A program made the translations under genes and the position numbers. This document shows, piece by piece, positions 27,201 through 39,364 of a DNA stretch of 64,000 nucleotides. The notes beneath the pieces were generated by a model. The model was not told the DNA's origin. It did not search any database and saw only the letters and a list, made by a program, of their open reading frames with translations. Source of the stretch: Octopus sinensis (Eukaryota); contig NC_042997.1 of NCBI RefSeq assembly GCF_006345805.1, positions 142,290,001 to 142,354,000 of the forward strand. Reading direction: 5' to 3'. Numbering within the stretch: the stretch's first letter is position 1; each line of letters starts with the position of its first letter.

Positions 27201-27379
27201 GTTTACCTTTTTTTTTATATATCTCTTCAGGCATTAAATTAACATCAGCACTCGTCACTAGTAAAATGTTTTAAAAGAAAAGCAAAGAATATTATTGTTA
27301 TATTCATCATATCTCAAAATTATTATTTCATATTACATTTTCTTTTGTCATATCCAGTTATATACTGAGCACTTTTCTT

Positions 27380-27990
27380 CTCAATTTACATCTACTGTAT
27401 AGAGACATACCTGCAACCTATGCAAAAGCATATCATCTCTCTTTCATTCTTGTTTTTACTGTGTCTTCATTTCTACTCTGCTGCTTCATACTATCAGACA
27501 CCCTCTAGTCTCCCACTCATTCTTGGTACCTCTGCCTCACTCATTCTTATCCACTCTGGTACCTAATCATAACTTATATCACTTTCTAGTTCCCCTCTCC
27601 CTTGTAAAATGATAGTAGTCATGTCTCCCCTCTATAGTAAGAAATCTGTCCTGCTCCAGACCTTTGCTATCATACTTCACCCCTCTCTACTCCTTATTCC
27701 CCTAGCGTAAAGTCCCACATATGCACACATACTTTGGGGTTTGTAGTCCTACAAGCTGCATGGCAATGTCACTAGTGCAGGTGGCACCGAAAGGAAGAAA
27801 AATAGCACTGCGTACATGCTGTAAAATGGTTGGCATTAGGAAGGACATCCAATTGTAGAAACTATGCCAAAGCAGACAATGGAGCATTTTGCAGTCCTTG
27901 GGCCCATCAAATCCTGTCAAACTGCCCAACCAATGCCAGCACGGAACATGAACAGGTGGTGATGGTGGCGGCGGCAGCGGTGCTGCTGTT
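27380..27990 (+). mobile_element. Long family B / RTE-like 3' region
   Basis: Pyrimidine-rich body followed by the GGTTGGCATTAGGAAGGACATCC block and the CCAATGCCAGCACGGAAC tail block. Confidence 0.6.
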
Positions 27991-28677
27991 GCATAGTATA
28001 GTGGGATGAAGTCTAATACTTCAGTTTTTTTGTAATTTTGCAATTCGTGCATAATGTGAAGTATGAGAGAAATCAAATAAAATGACAGTAAAAATAGATT
28101 ATAGCTGTTTTTACTTAAAGCTATTATTCTCTAAATACATTATAAACTGTCCCTGAAATTTTCATTCTGAAGTCTACAAGAATGATAGGTTTGTAAATTA
28201 TTTAACATAAAAATTTTTAAAAAACCATTCATAACCATTTTCTATAACAAAATAACTTTTTCAATATTTCTCTTCCAAATAATATCACTATTTGTGTATT
28301 ATTGGTCAACTTTGATCATCGAATTTCCTCAGTATTGGTGACAGTTTCATTGACTAACCATAAAAATTATCCCAGAAGCAAGCAGCAGCAAACAATTGAA
28401 CTTATTCTGTCAGTTATTGAAGATTATGCATAGCTTTCAAACTATCGCCATAGCCTTTAACTTACATTAAACAGCATCTACATGTGAATTTATTAGCCTT
28501 GTCTCTTTCCATTAGTAATGCACTATTTTTTCTAACTTTTATGAAATGAGCTCATGTTTACCCAAACTCATATATATATATATAAAAGTTCAGCAAAATT
28601 TAGATTCAGATGAATATGGTCAGAGGCACCAGAATTTTGTATGGTATTATCCATATAAATCCATGGGGTGATTATAA

Positions 28678-28912
28678 TCAAAATAAGCAGCAAGTATATC
28701 TTAGGTAATTTGGTACAATCGTTTCATGCTACTTCATTTTATAAAACTTTGTAAGTATTACATCAGTTTTAAAATGTTGAGCAATCTTCAGCCATTTATA
28801 GAAGTCTTCCATCAAACAGACAATACATATTCTTATTTTCATTTCGTTTAAAATGAAGTAGCATGAAATGATTGTACCAAATTACCTAAGATATACTTGT
28901 TGCTTATTTTGA
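28678..28912. repeat. Inverted repeat, 63-bp arms
   Basis: 28678-28740 and 28850-28912 are reverse complements with 2 mismatches. Spacer 109 bp. Confidence 0.9.
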
Positions 28913-28944
<32 letters not shown>

Positions 28945-30136
28945 TATATATATCATCATCATCATTATTCAACATAATTTTCTTTTGTGGCATGGGTTGT
29001 GTGGTTTGGCAAGAGCTGGCCAGCTGAAGAGCTGCCCAGGTTCCACATCTTTTGGTATGGTTTCTATAGCTGGGTGCCCTTCCTAATGCCAACCTCTTTA
29101 CAAAGTATATTGGGCAGTACTGGTACAAGTGCTTATATGTGCACGCACACACACACAGACACACACGCATTATAACTGAAAGGCTCCAATTTCCTGCACT
29201 TTGCTTGTTTCTGATCATCAGAATATCCACTGCCTAAATATTTTTTGAAATATGAGACGAAAGTTTGAAAGAAACACTTGTCCTTATGTTCTTTTGTTTA
29301 CAAACCTTTATGAACAACACTTGCAAAAATGGCTGCTTCAGGCTCATGCTTTTTATTTCATTTCTGTTTCTTGTGGTAATATTATTATATACATCATAAG
29401 CTCTATACAATTGAGGCCATGAATGTGCATTGCTGTTTAAGCAATGTTCAAAAATAATACTTTTAAGTAATACTTTTAATCATTGTTTTTAAAATGAATG
29501 AGTGTGTATGTGAGTGTTTATTTTGCATGGGTTTGTGCAGTTGCATACATATGTACACTTAGACACACACGTAATTACAGAATTATATATTTACATATTT
29601 ACATACATGTATACATTTACTTATATACGTATACCCACATATAGACATGCACACATGCATATATGTCAATAAGACCTATTAATTAAACATCTAAAAAATC
29701 AATGATTTTTTTCTGAACCAAATCAAATCTCAAGAAGGCTTGTATTTGCATAAAAGATACTTAGCTGCATGCATACACGGCATTAATAGCTCAATTCTTT
29801 TGCTCAAACTTTTGGTGTCTTGAGAGAAAATTCTCAGTTTCTCGCTTAAACAAAGGTCACACCACATCCTTAATTTGAAGCTCCCATTCTTTTAAGGTTG
29901 CACATTATCTACAACAGACTAGGTAATTTTAAATTTGAGCGGACTTATCTTCCTTATCAATTCCATATCAATAAGATTTAGATAAATCTAAAACAATATT
30001 TTTAGTCATATCAAGACTGGATTGGAACCTGGTGCAGATTCCCAGCTCACCAGTTTTCAGTTAAACTGTCCAACCCATGCCAGCAGGGGAAAACGGACAT
30101 TAATGATGGTGATGATAATGATGATTGCACTTGACT

Positions 30137-30137
<1 letters not shown>

Positions 30138-30196
<59 letters not shown>

Positions 30197-30212
30197 TCTC
30201 TCTCCCTCTCTC
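30138..30212. repeat. (CT)n microsatellite
   Basis: Directly visible. Similar tracts: (CT)n 9341-9387, (GT)n 10006-10069, compound GT/GCT/GTT 10392-10482, (GA)n 26487-26537, (TA)n(TG)n 62833-62891. Confidence 0.95.
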
Positions 30213-30636
30213 TTACAGACAGCCTGTCTTTTGGGGTTTGGGGGTTTGTTATTCCTTAGTACTGCTTATCAGTTCTTTTATCAAGACCCTCCCCTCAACT
30301 CATTACACAACTGCACTAATAAGTTTTTCTTTTTTGAAAGAAACTTTATACTTTTTTTTTTATTAGCCGTGTTCTAAGTTTATCTAAATTTATTTTGTTC
30401 TTCAAATTTTTCTTAAAAGCATTTTTAAGTCTAAGCTTATGAAATTTATAAGTTGATTTATTCAATAATTCCATCGATGCTTGTTTTCTCAGCTTCAAAA
30501 CATGGAGCAATTTAGGTCAGTTTTCTGAATATGATGGCATTTAAAAACAAAGACTTTGGATGGTGTAATCATTTCAGGACATAATCCACAAAAAGCACTT
30601 AGTCATCATTGTTATTGTTGTTGTCCTCATTGCCGC

Positions 30637-30760
30637 ACCCTCCCCCTCTTCCTCCCTCTCTCCCTCCCTCCCTCCCTCTTCCTCCCTCCCTCCCTCCCTC
30701 CCCCTCCCTCCCCTCCCTCCCCTCCCCCTCCTCCTCCTCCCCAGCCTCCCCTCTTCCTCC
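30637..30760. repeat. C-rich (CCCT)n/(CCT)n polypyrimidine tract
   Basis: Almost pure C/T. Explains the poly-Pro ORF at 30556-30801. Confidence 0.9.
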
Positions 30761-31259
30761 TTATTAATTGTTTTTATGTGTGTTTTAGAATAAGTGGATA
30801 GGGGATGTTTAAAGGTAATGCTCTATGGTTGAATGTCCTTTCTGATGCCAATCCCTTTTGTTACCTCTTACAACACATAGAGATACAATGTCCCTATTCC
30901 AAAATCTGGGACGCACTCAGTTAATGAACATTTTTTCATACACTTTTACACATTACTAATTAGATTATTTTTTTTATTATCCTTAAGTAACTCTTAACAT
31001 CCTATGATATGAATCTCCATGGTACCACACCTGTTTGTTAATCCTATCTATACTATCTGAAACCACTCTTGTTTGCATTCATTTTAAACTCTCTCATCTA
31101 AAGAAGATACCTTTAATCCCTTTTTTTATCATTACAGTGTCTGCTATGCACTTCCATCTCAACTTCCCAAACCCCACCACCAGTGGGGGTTGCAATTTTT
31201 TTTTGTGAAGATTTTGTATAGACTTTTCTTTCGTTAAGAAAGTGGTTCTGTTTTATCTT

Positions 31260-31438
31260 TTACCTTTTAATTGCTTCAGTAATTGGACTGTGGCCATGCT
31301 GGGGTACAGCAGTGAGGAATTTTAGTTGAATGAACTGACCCTGGTTCTTATTTTCTTTTTAAATCTGGTAACTATTCTGTTGGTTACTTTTGCCAAACAG
31401 CTAAGCTATGGGGAAGTAAACACACCGACACTGGTTGT

Positions 31439-31469
<31 letters not shown>

Positions 31470-31628
31470 TTGATGGACTTCTTTCAGTTTCCGTCTATCA
31501 GATCCACTTGCAAGGCTTTGGTTGGCCCAAGGCTACAATAGAAGACACTCGCCCAAGGTGTCATGCAGTGGGGCTGAACCCAGAACCACGTGGTTGGGAA
31601 ACAAACTTCTTACCACTAAGCTACACCT
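31260..31628 (-). mobile_element. Family A SINE
   Basis: Reverse complement of the consensus, diverged. Confidence 0.8.
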
Positions 31629-32027
31629 ATTATTCATTCATTGAGTGACAATTTACTCAATGCTTTAATCAATGAATTAATAGCAAATAAGGCTTTGGTA
31701 ATGATAATCAGACCAGTATATGTATTTCTTGTATGTACCCTCAATATCTGACTTTGATCCATCTGATTTTTCACCAAGTGACTTGGTTTAAATATTATCT
31801 GAAGAATGGTCTGACAATTGAGCCTTTTACAAGTATTGTTAGTCCAAGAATACATTTAGGGCTTGATGTGAAGTTGGTGGAGTATTTTTTCCTACTTTTC
31901 TATTGAGTTTTGATCAGTAGGATTATACAGCAAACTACAGAACAAAAAGAAGTCAACTTAGCTCCAGTGTGTTGAGATTTGTGCACACTTGGGTTTTTTT
32001 AAATTTCTGAATTGAATAACAGCTTAC

Positions 32028-32050
32028 CTGTAAATTTCATAATGAATAAA
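32028..32050 (-). CDS. Candidate 23-nt microexon
   Basis: Acceptor TTTGCCTTGATCCTTTTGCAG, exon TTTATTCATTATGAAATTTACAG, donor GTAAGC. Confidence 0.25.
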
Positions 32051-32149
32051 CTGCAAAAGGATCAAGGCAAACCATTATTTTGTAATGTTTGTGTGTCTAT
32101 TACTAATTGCATTTAATTTATTGCCACATGATGATATCTGCACACCAGC

Positions 32150-32380
32150 GTGTCTCAATGGCATGGCTAAAGGACCAGCTCTCTTCTGAGTTCTATATGC
32201 TTAAGACTATCTTCTACTATTTGACTCATAACTGAAGCCCTTGACAAGTACTACAACTCTGGGTAACTAAGGGTTTACTTCACCATCCCCAAAGCCCTTA
32301 ATCTCAAAAAAGCTTAATGTCTTGTCCTGGTAACTACATTCAACTACCATACTTGGATTACAGGCCAATGTGGGGTTGCC
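32150..32380 (+). mobile_element. Decayed RTE-like RT fragment
   Basis: With a 1-nt gap it reads EFxYA*DYLLLFDS...VTKGL, resembling WELLYADDLALIAES...ESKGL. Confidence 0.3.
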
Positions 32381-34086
32381 TCCCATTCTGGATTTTACTT
32401 CACTCTTCTAATTGGCTTTCTTGCCTTAACTGGTCTGTCTATCAGTTCATTCATCTTCCTGTCTGATTGTCTGTCTTTATTTGTTTGTATACCTGTTCAG
32501 TCATCTGTGTCTCTGTCCATTCATTTTCAGTCTCTGTATTCATTCATGTTTCTGTGTGTCTGTTCATTCATATATTTATTCTCCTTCCCTTCTATTTCTC
32601 TATTCATCTGGTTATTAAACAGGCAGAACAATATTAGGCTAAACAACATCAACAACTGCTTATATTATATTGGTTTCCAATACAAAATAGATGCTATTTA
32701 AATACCCATTATTGTTTTGATACTGATTTTAACTGCTCCACTTATGATTGCTTTGAATGTTTTTCTGTAATATTTAAAGTGCATTTTTTAAGACAGTGTT
32801 GTATCTACATATATTTTTAATTAAATATTAATCTTCTTTTGTTCAGTGCTGTCATAAGTGCTATAAATTTTCAATCTTCAAATTCCAGAACTTTTATAGT
32901 CTTTACAATTTGATACCAAGTAATAAAAAATTTATATGGCAAAAGAAGTTATAAAACATTGTTTGAGATAAAGATTCTTAGTAGAGGAGGAAGGGGAGAA
33001 AGAAAAAAAAAAAGCAACAATTGAAGGATGACTAGCATTAAAGACTTTTACTAGCAGATAGTAAATCATTGTTGTTTTGAGAGTACTGAATATTTATAAG
33101 TTAGCATTGAACATACTTTCTTTTGTTTATATTTTATGTAAAATAGAAAATCCATAAGTGTCTGCAAGACAATGCTGAACTTTAGACTGAACTAATAAGT
33201 TTCCATAATTGGCTTAATAGGATACTTAAGTGGTATTACAGCAATATTAATAGAACTTGAAATGTGAAATGAAATCTCCTTTATAAGCTAAGATTGTAAA
33301 CACTTCATCTGTTAAAGGAACTTAAGATTTATCCAGCTTGACTATGGCACCAACTGTTGGTTTTTCAAAATATTAAATAGAATATTATAACATATATTTT
33401 CTTTTGCTTTAATGTATATGTACCATATGGTGCATATTGTATAATTTTAATTAAGTATGCATGTAATAGTTTTTCTATAAAAGGTTTGTACTAAAGAATT
33501 ACTGGAGTCACCATCAATGTATCATACCTTATATATAAAATCCTTTAAAATGTTTTAGCCCGAAGGCCGCGGCCATGCTGGGGCATATACATAGTTGATA
33601 GCCAAGTTACTGCAGTATTCATTCAAAGATAACATCTTTTATGGACATACTCTATTTAAAAGTACTATATATATATCAGAGGGAGACAACCATCCCAGCA
33701 GCGATCAGTGAGAGTGCCAGGCAAATTTTGGCCTCCTTGGGCCTCATCAATGATGTATACTCAAAGCCAGCCAGATGCCTACATGACATTCTTCACATCT
33801 GATATTGGTAACAGTGAATAAACAGTAACAAATAAATGCATAAAACTTCAGCATCTGCAATTGAGGCAGTATTAAAGCCATCTATGTATCATTCTTAATG
33901 TATATACACCATTGACAGTTAAGTTACAACAGTATTGATCCAGAGATAACATTTTTTATGGATGTTTCCCATTGATATGTATTGTATCTTTAACCACAGC
34001 ATGCCCATAAATAATGTTATCTCTTGACAAATTCTGCTGTAACTTGTCTGACAATGATGTATATATACATTAAGTATGTTATATAA

Positions 34087-34505
34087 ATCATCATCATCAT
34101 CGTTTAATGTCTGTTTTCCATACTGGCATGGTTTGGACAGTTTCACTGAGATCTGGAGAGCCAGTGGCTGCACCAGTCTCCACTCTGATCTGGCAATGTT
34201 TCTACAGCTGGATGCCCTTCTTAATGCCAACCACTCTGAGAGTGTAGTGGATGCTTTTTACGTGCCACCGGCACAGGAGCCAGTCAGGTGAGCCTGGCAT
34301 CAATCACTTTTGGATGGTGCCTTTTATGTGCCACTGACACAGGAGCCAGTTTGGGCACTGCCATCAGTCACGTTTGGATGGTGCTTTTTACGTGCCACCG
34401 GCATAGGAGCCAGTCAGGTGGCCCTGGCATCGGTCACATTCAGATAGTGCTTTTTATGTGCCACCAGCATGGGAGCCAGTGAGGGGGCACTGGTATCAAC
34501 CATGT
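34087..34505 (-). mobile_element. Family B element ((GAT)n tail, RTE-related) with internal ~62-bp tandem units
   Basis: (CAT)n-TTAATGTCTGTTTTCCAT...GGATGCCCTTCTTAATGCCAACCAC, then four units of GG.TG.TTTT.A.GTGCCAC.G.CA.AGGAGCCAG. Confidence 0.8.
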
Positions 34506-36027
34506 TTGTATAGCTATTTTAATTTGATACTGCTTCAATTGTATATACAAGATAGATTATATTATTTGAATCATATTTACACATGATGAGACAAAACAAC
34601 AGCCAGCTGATAGTATATCAGTGATATTATTCCATACTATAGGTTGACTTTATTTGCTTGATAAATGTAATTATTTCATCAAGTATTAGGTTCATCAAGT
34701 ATTAGGTTTCAACAATTCATTTCACAGCCATGTGTTTCCAGATTTGACTAGCTGGCCAAACTCTTGAGCAAGTTCCTTTGACAATAGGCTTGGGTTGAAC
34801 AGTTTTTGTGAGTGGAATTTGGTAGGCAGAAATTGTATGAAAATTTGTTGTGCACACTCATGTTTTGTGTGTGTGCGTGCACGCGTGCGCATGTGCATGC
34901 ATGCATGCACATGAATGTGTTTACAGGAGTAAACTGTGTATGTAGAGATAGAGTTGGGTTGTCCTTCTGGTGGTGTAAAGCACTCATGGTGGTGCTACAT
35001 AAAAGAGTGTTATGGTGTCACATATAAGCAACCATGCGGTGCTACATAAAGCACCTGTGTGGTGCCGAATAAAAACACACAGGATACTCTGTAAAGTGGT
35101 TGGTGTTAGGAAGGGCATCCAGCCATAGAAACCATGCAAAATCAGATTGGAGTCTGGTGCAGTCCTCCCCACCCACTCACCCAGCTGGCCAGCTCTGGTC
35201 AAACTGCCTAAACCATGCCAGCATGGACAATGGCATTAAACGATGATGATGATGATGACGATGATGGTAGATAGATAGACATAGTTAAAATAAGTACAAG
35301 TCTGAATAATAACTGAGATCAATATGATCAGTTAAAGCTCTTGAAGACTATGCTCCTGCATGGCCAATATCTAATGATTTAAACTAGTAAAAGTGTAAAA
35401 GAAAAGTAACATATTCTTGGGTTTGTATTTTGGAGATATTGTTTGTTACTAAGTAGTGTTTCAATTTATTACTTTTTATTGATTTAAATTTTTTTACAAA
35501 ATATATCAGTACAACTGTTATTACATGCCTATTATAATTATTGCTTTTACAAAAATGTAGGCAATTGCATGATAAACTAAACAAATTCATAGACAGTTGA
35601 GTGTCTGATTTTAAACATTCAATTCAAAATGTCTTATTATAATTGACAATCTGTATAATAGGTTTGTAAAATAACAATTATTGGTAATTATGGTATAATG
35701 TTTTGAGCTGTACATGAGATTGAGATTAAAAGATTGATACCAGAATTGTATTTCTGAAAATTTGCTACCTGCTAGTCTTACATGTACCATGATAACTTGT
35801 AGAAGTTTAAGTAAGTCAATGGAGCATTACTTCATTCAGTATGCCAAAGAAAACGGTTACCAGCTCTTTCTGGGAAGTTATCTGTGATAGACTAATGACC
35901 TGTCCAAAGAAAAATCTACCGCTCATCCTCCTACAGTTAAGGAACTTATACATTCTGGTCATGTATGGAATTATTCACTTTCATTTTATTTATTTTGAAA
36001 TATCATGTAATTTTTTTTCTATGAATT

Positions 36028-36172
36028 AGGTGCAGGTGTGACTTCCCAACCATATGGGTCCAGGTTCAGTCCCACTGTGTAGTGCCTTCAGCAAGTGTCT
36101 TCTACTATAGCCTCAGGCCGACTAAAGCCTTCTGACTTCATTTGGTAGATGGAAACTAAAAGAAGCCTGTCA

Positions 36173-36216
<44 letters not shown>

Positions 36217-36405
36217 TTTGTCCTCCCCACCATCACTTGACAACTGATGTTGGTGTGTTTATGGCCCTGTAACTTAGTAGTTCAACAGACCAATCAAATA
36301 ATTACTAGGCTTACAAAGAATAAGTCAATTTCTTCAACTAAAACCCTTTAAAACAGTGCTCCAGCATGGCTGCAGTCAAATAACTGAAACAAGTAAAAGA
36401 ATAAA
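36028..36405 (+). mobile_element. Family A SINE
   Basis: Consensus match with a small deletion in the head. Confidence 0.85.
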
Positions 36406-37032
36406 AGCATATCATTTGTTATCTATTCAATTAATGTTTTCAGAGAAAAGATGGGTCATATCTACAATAGGTCATATTGATAGCTTTTATCTCAATGGAC
36501 ACAAAATATAGTAACACATATATTATATGGTTGGTTGTTATAATACTTCTTAATGCAACATTTTTAACTACGCACACACAGAGAGAAAAAGAGAGTGGTG
36601 GGAAGATAAGGGTATCAATACTGAAACAGATGTAGTAATACCCAAATTATCCAATTGTTTCATCTTTATTACTATACACATACATGTAATGTTGCATATA
36701 ATATGTTGTAACTTGACAGAAGTAGTTTTATGCTTAAGTAAATATATCAATCTTGTAGAAGGTATTATGTTTTAAATTAATTGTTTGTTTAGAATTTTTA
36801 TTATCCCATTTCTTAGGTATATTAATTAAAACAATATCTGATTTTAAATATTTACAAAATAAATTTTATGGCAGAATCTCTGAAAACATAAAAGCTGATA
36901 AAAGAAGTAATGTTTTAATGGCTCAGCCTTGTATCAGATAAACATTCCTGTTTAAATGTTGATGTGCAATTTCATGCCATAATTCAAATCTGATTCTGCA
37001 ATATTACTATTTGGCTTTGGAATTTCTGCTGT

Positions 37033-37258
37033 TTAACACTTTTGTTTTCAAATATTTATTGGAATGCACTTCCTTTGTTTCTGTTAATTTTGAAAATAAT
37101 GAAGAATTTAGGATTTTTGTCATTATCAATCTTGTGTATGGAACATAAATGAACATATAATTTTGATGAAAGGTTTTAATTTAGATTACTTTAAAATGGC
37201 CAGATTGTATCATAGGATTTGGGGGTGATCTCAGGTGGGTTGGTATGAAAAGGGTTAG
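37033..37258. mobile_element. piggyBac-type MITE (P2) abutting the P1 copy
   Basis: TTAACACTTTTG ... GAAAAGGGTTAG. Loosely matches the reverse complement of 12844-13066. Confidence 0.55.
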
Positions 37259-37530
37259 CCCTGTAGCATTTTAACTGGCTCAGATATTTTTCCAGTTTTA
37301 TGTTCAGACTGGCCACATCCAGCCTCTCACACCTACACTACAATGTCGTACTAAAAATAAACACAGGAGTGGCTGTGTGGTAAGTAGCTTGCTAACCAAC
37401 CACATGGTTCCGGGCTCAGTCCCACTGCGTGGCATCTTGGGCAAGTGTCTTCTGCTATAGCCTCGGCCTGACCAATGCCTTGTGAGTGGATTTGGTAGAC
37501 GGAAACTGAAAGAAGCCTGTTGTATATATG

Positions 37531-37573
<43 letters not shown>

Positions 37574-37874
37574 TGTGTGTGTGTGTTTGTCCCCCAAGCA
37601 TTGCTTGACAACCGATGCTAGTGTGTTTACATCCCCGTCACTTAGCGGTTCAGCAAAAGAGACCGATAGAATAAGTACTGGGCTTACAAAAGAATAAGTG
37701 CCGGGGTCGATTTGCTCGACTAAAAAGGCGGTGCTCCAGCATGGCCGCAATCAAATGACTGAAACAAGTAAAAGAGTGAAAGACATCATCAAAATCTCAA
37801 GGCTGCATGTTTAATTCAAAACAATGTGAATAAATATGATACTTTACAGAGTAATCTGAATGCTAAAGGGTTAA
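37255..37874. mobile_element. piggyBac-type MITE (P1) split by a family A SINE
   Basis: Left half 37255-37363 (TTAGCCCTGTAGCATT...) and right half 37783-37874 (...CTGAATGCTAAAGGGTTAA). Together they match the 43464-43677 copy. Confidence 0.75.
37364..37782 (+). mobile_element. Family A SINE (young) inserted in a piggyBac MITE
   Basis: Near-consensus with CpGs retained. Confidence 0.9.
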
Positions 37875-39129
37875 ATAAAAGTAGAATAGTTGATATTAAT
37901 TTGATGTTTGATTTAATTCAATATTAATGAATAAACGTAAAATATGGTTTAGATTACAGCAAAAAAATCTGCATTAGAGATGATTGGCAGGAATAATTAG
38001 AACCAATTTTTATTCAAACCAGAGTGAAAAAGTAGTTCTGTATTTTGTTAGAGATGTGTGGCATCCATATAAGTTACAGTTAGATGTTATTGTATTTTCT
38101 TCTGTTGGATGATGTGACCGTGTAGTAGGTGGCATAGGAATAATTTTTGAATCTTTATTTGTATGTTATTGGCTTCCATATATGTTGGCTTTAACATAAG
38201 AAGCTTTCTATAAGTAGCAAAACAATAAATATTGTATCAATTGAAAACATTTAGGTTATTTTACTTTCAAAATCTTCCTATCAATTATTAAGTGAAGTAG
38301 GTTTTTACAAACAAACTTTATACCACTTCATCTTCAGATTATCTTGTCTGATATTGTTTTTTTCTTTTAAACTTTTCATTCTGAAATTTGGGAATAAATA
38401 GAATTATGTTTTGTTTTTATGTTCCAGAAAGTAATTGTATTTAGGTCATATATTGTCAATGCCCAGAATGATATGTTTCCAATATATACTTCTGTTTTCT
38501 TACCTGTATATTTGAAGGTCAGAAGTTTAAGTCCAGGATCAATATCCAAATTCATCTTTCTTCATTATTGTTATATCTAATGGTGGCTGTTAGCTAAACT
38601 AATATTAAAGGAAAATAACTTTGCTAAAGTTTACATTTGAGATCTTTTTCATTTTCTAATATTTAAGATTCAGGTTATGAACAAAATTTCATCTTTCATA
38701 TGATGAAAGCTTTAACAAGTTATTTACAGAGAAGCACATATAACATCAATGAAACTTGCTGCATATTTGTATTGACTTCAGAACACTTTTGAGATTGTGT
38801 TATATAATAGCTTTTCATAAGAAATGAAAAAACTATAATTTCAACAAGCCTCATCCTAGGTATGCACTAGTGATTGAACTTGCATAGTCATGAACATAAA
38901 GATGTTAACTATCTCCATTTTTGTTTAACTTGTAGAATCTCATAGAAAAAAATATTGACTGACACCTTCATAGCTTTTGGAGATTGACCATTATCCTGCT
39001 AGGCAAAAGGCTTGGTATCTTGCAGTAGATATCACATCCAAACTAATAAACACATGAGTTCAAGTGTTTTAATAAGCTTTTTCACAGTTGTCAATTGGGC
39101 TGCAAATCAGCAAATTGTTATTGTTTCAG

Positions 39130-39364
39130 AAAAGAAAGGAATCATTGCTTGGAACAGAAATAACACATCACCTGACAGTCATCTTTACCTGGCAGAATTT
39201 GAGAATAGAGCATTATTTGAAGAAAAAGACCCAGAAATTCATCTTAAAAAAGATATGATCTTCAAGCTATTTCTAGTGCTCTTCAAACCTTTATGAATGG
39301 TAGTGAACAGAGAACATTGGAAGACTGTCTATTGAAACTGTCAAGATATGTCTCCCAAGAATGA
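39130..39364 (+). pseudogene. Candidate frameshifted exon or coding remnant, product unknown
   Basis: Follows the acceptor TGTTATTGTTTCAG. Frame 1 reads EKKGIIAWN...PEIHLKK. One extra A in the A6 run at 39246-39251 would continue as RYDLQAISSALQTFMNGSEQRTLEDCLLKLSRYVSQE to TGA at 39362-39364. Confidence 0.25.

Noticed and set aside
34245-34505. Regularly spaced repeats that might suggest a CRISPR array
   Set aside because: The whole unit is repeated, with no unique spacers. Eukaryotic context, inside a retroelement, no cas genes.
38504-38555. MNLDIDPGLKLLTFKYT followed by CAG|GTAAG (minus)
   Set aside because: Good donor but no credible in-frame acceptor, with stops just upstream. Too weak to call.
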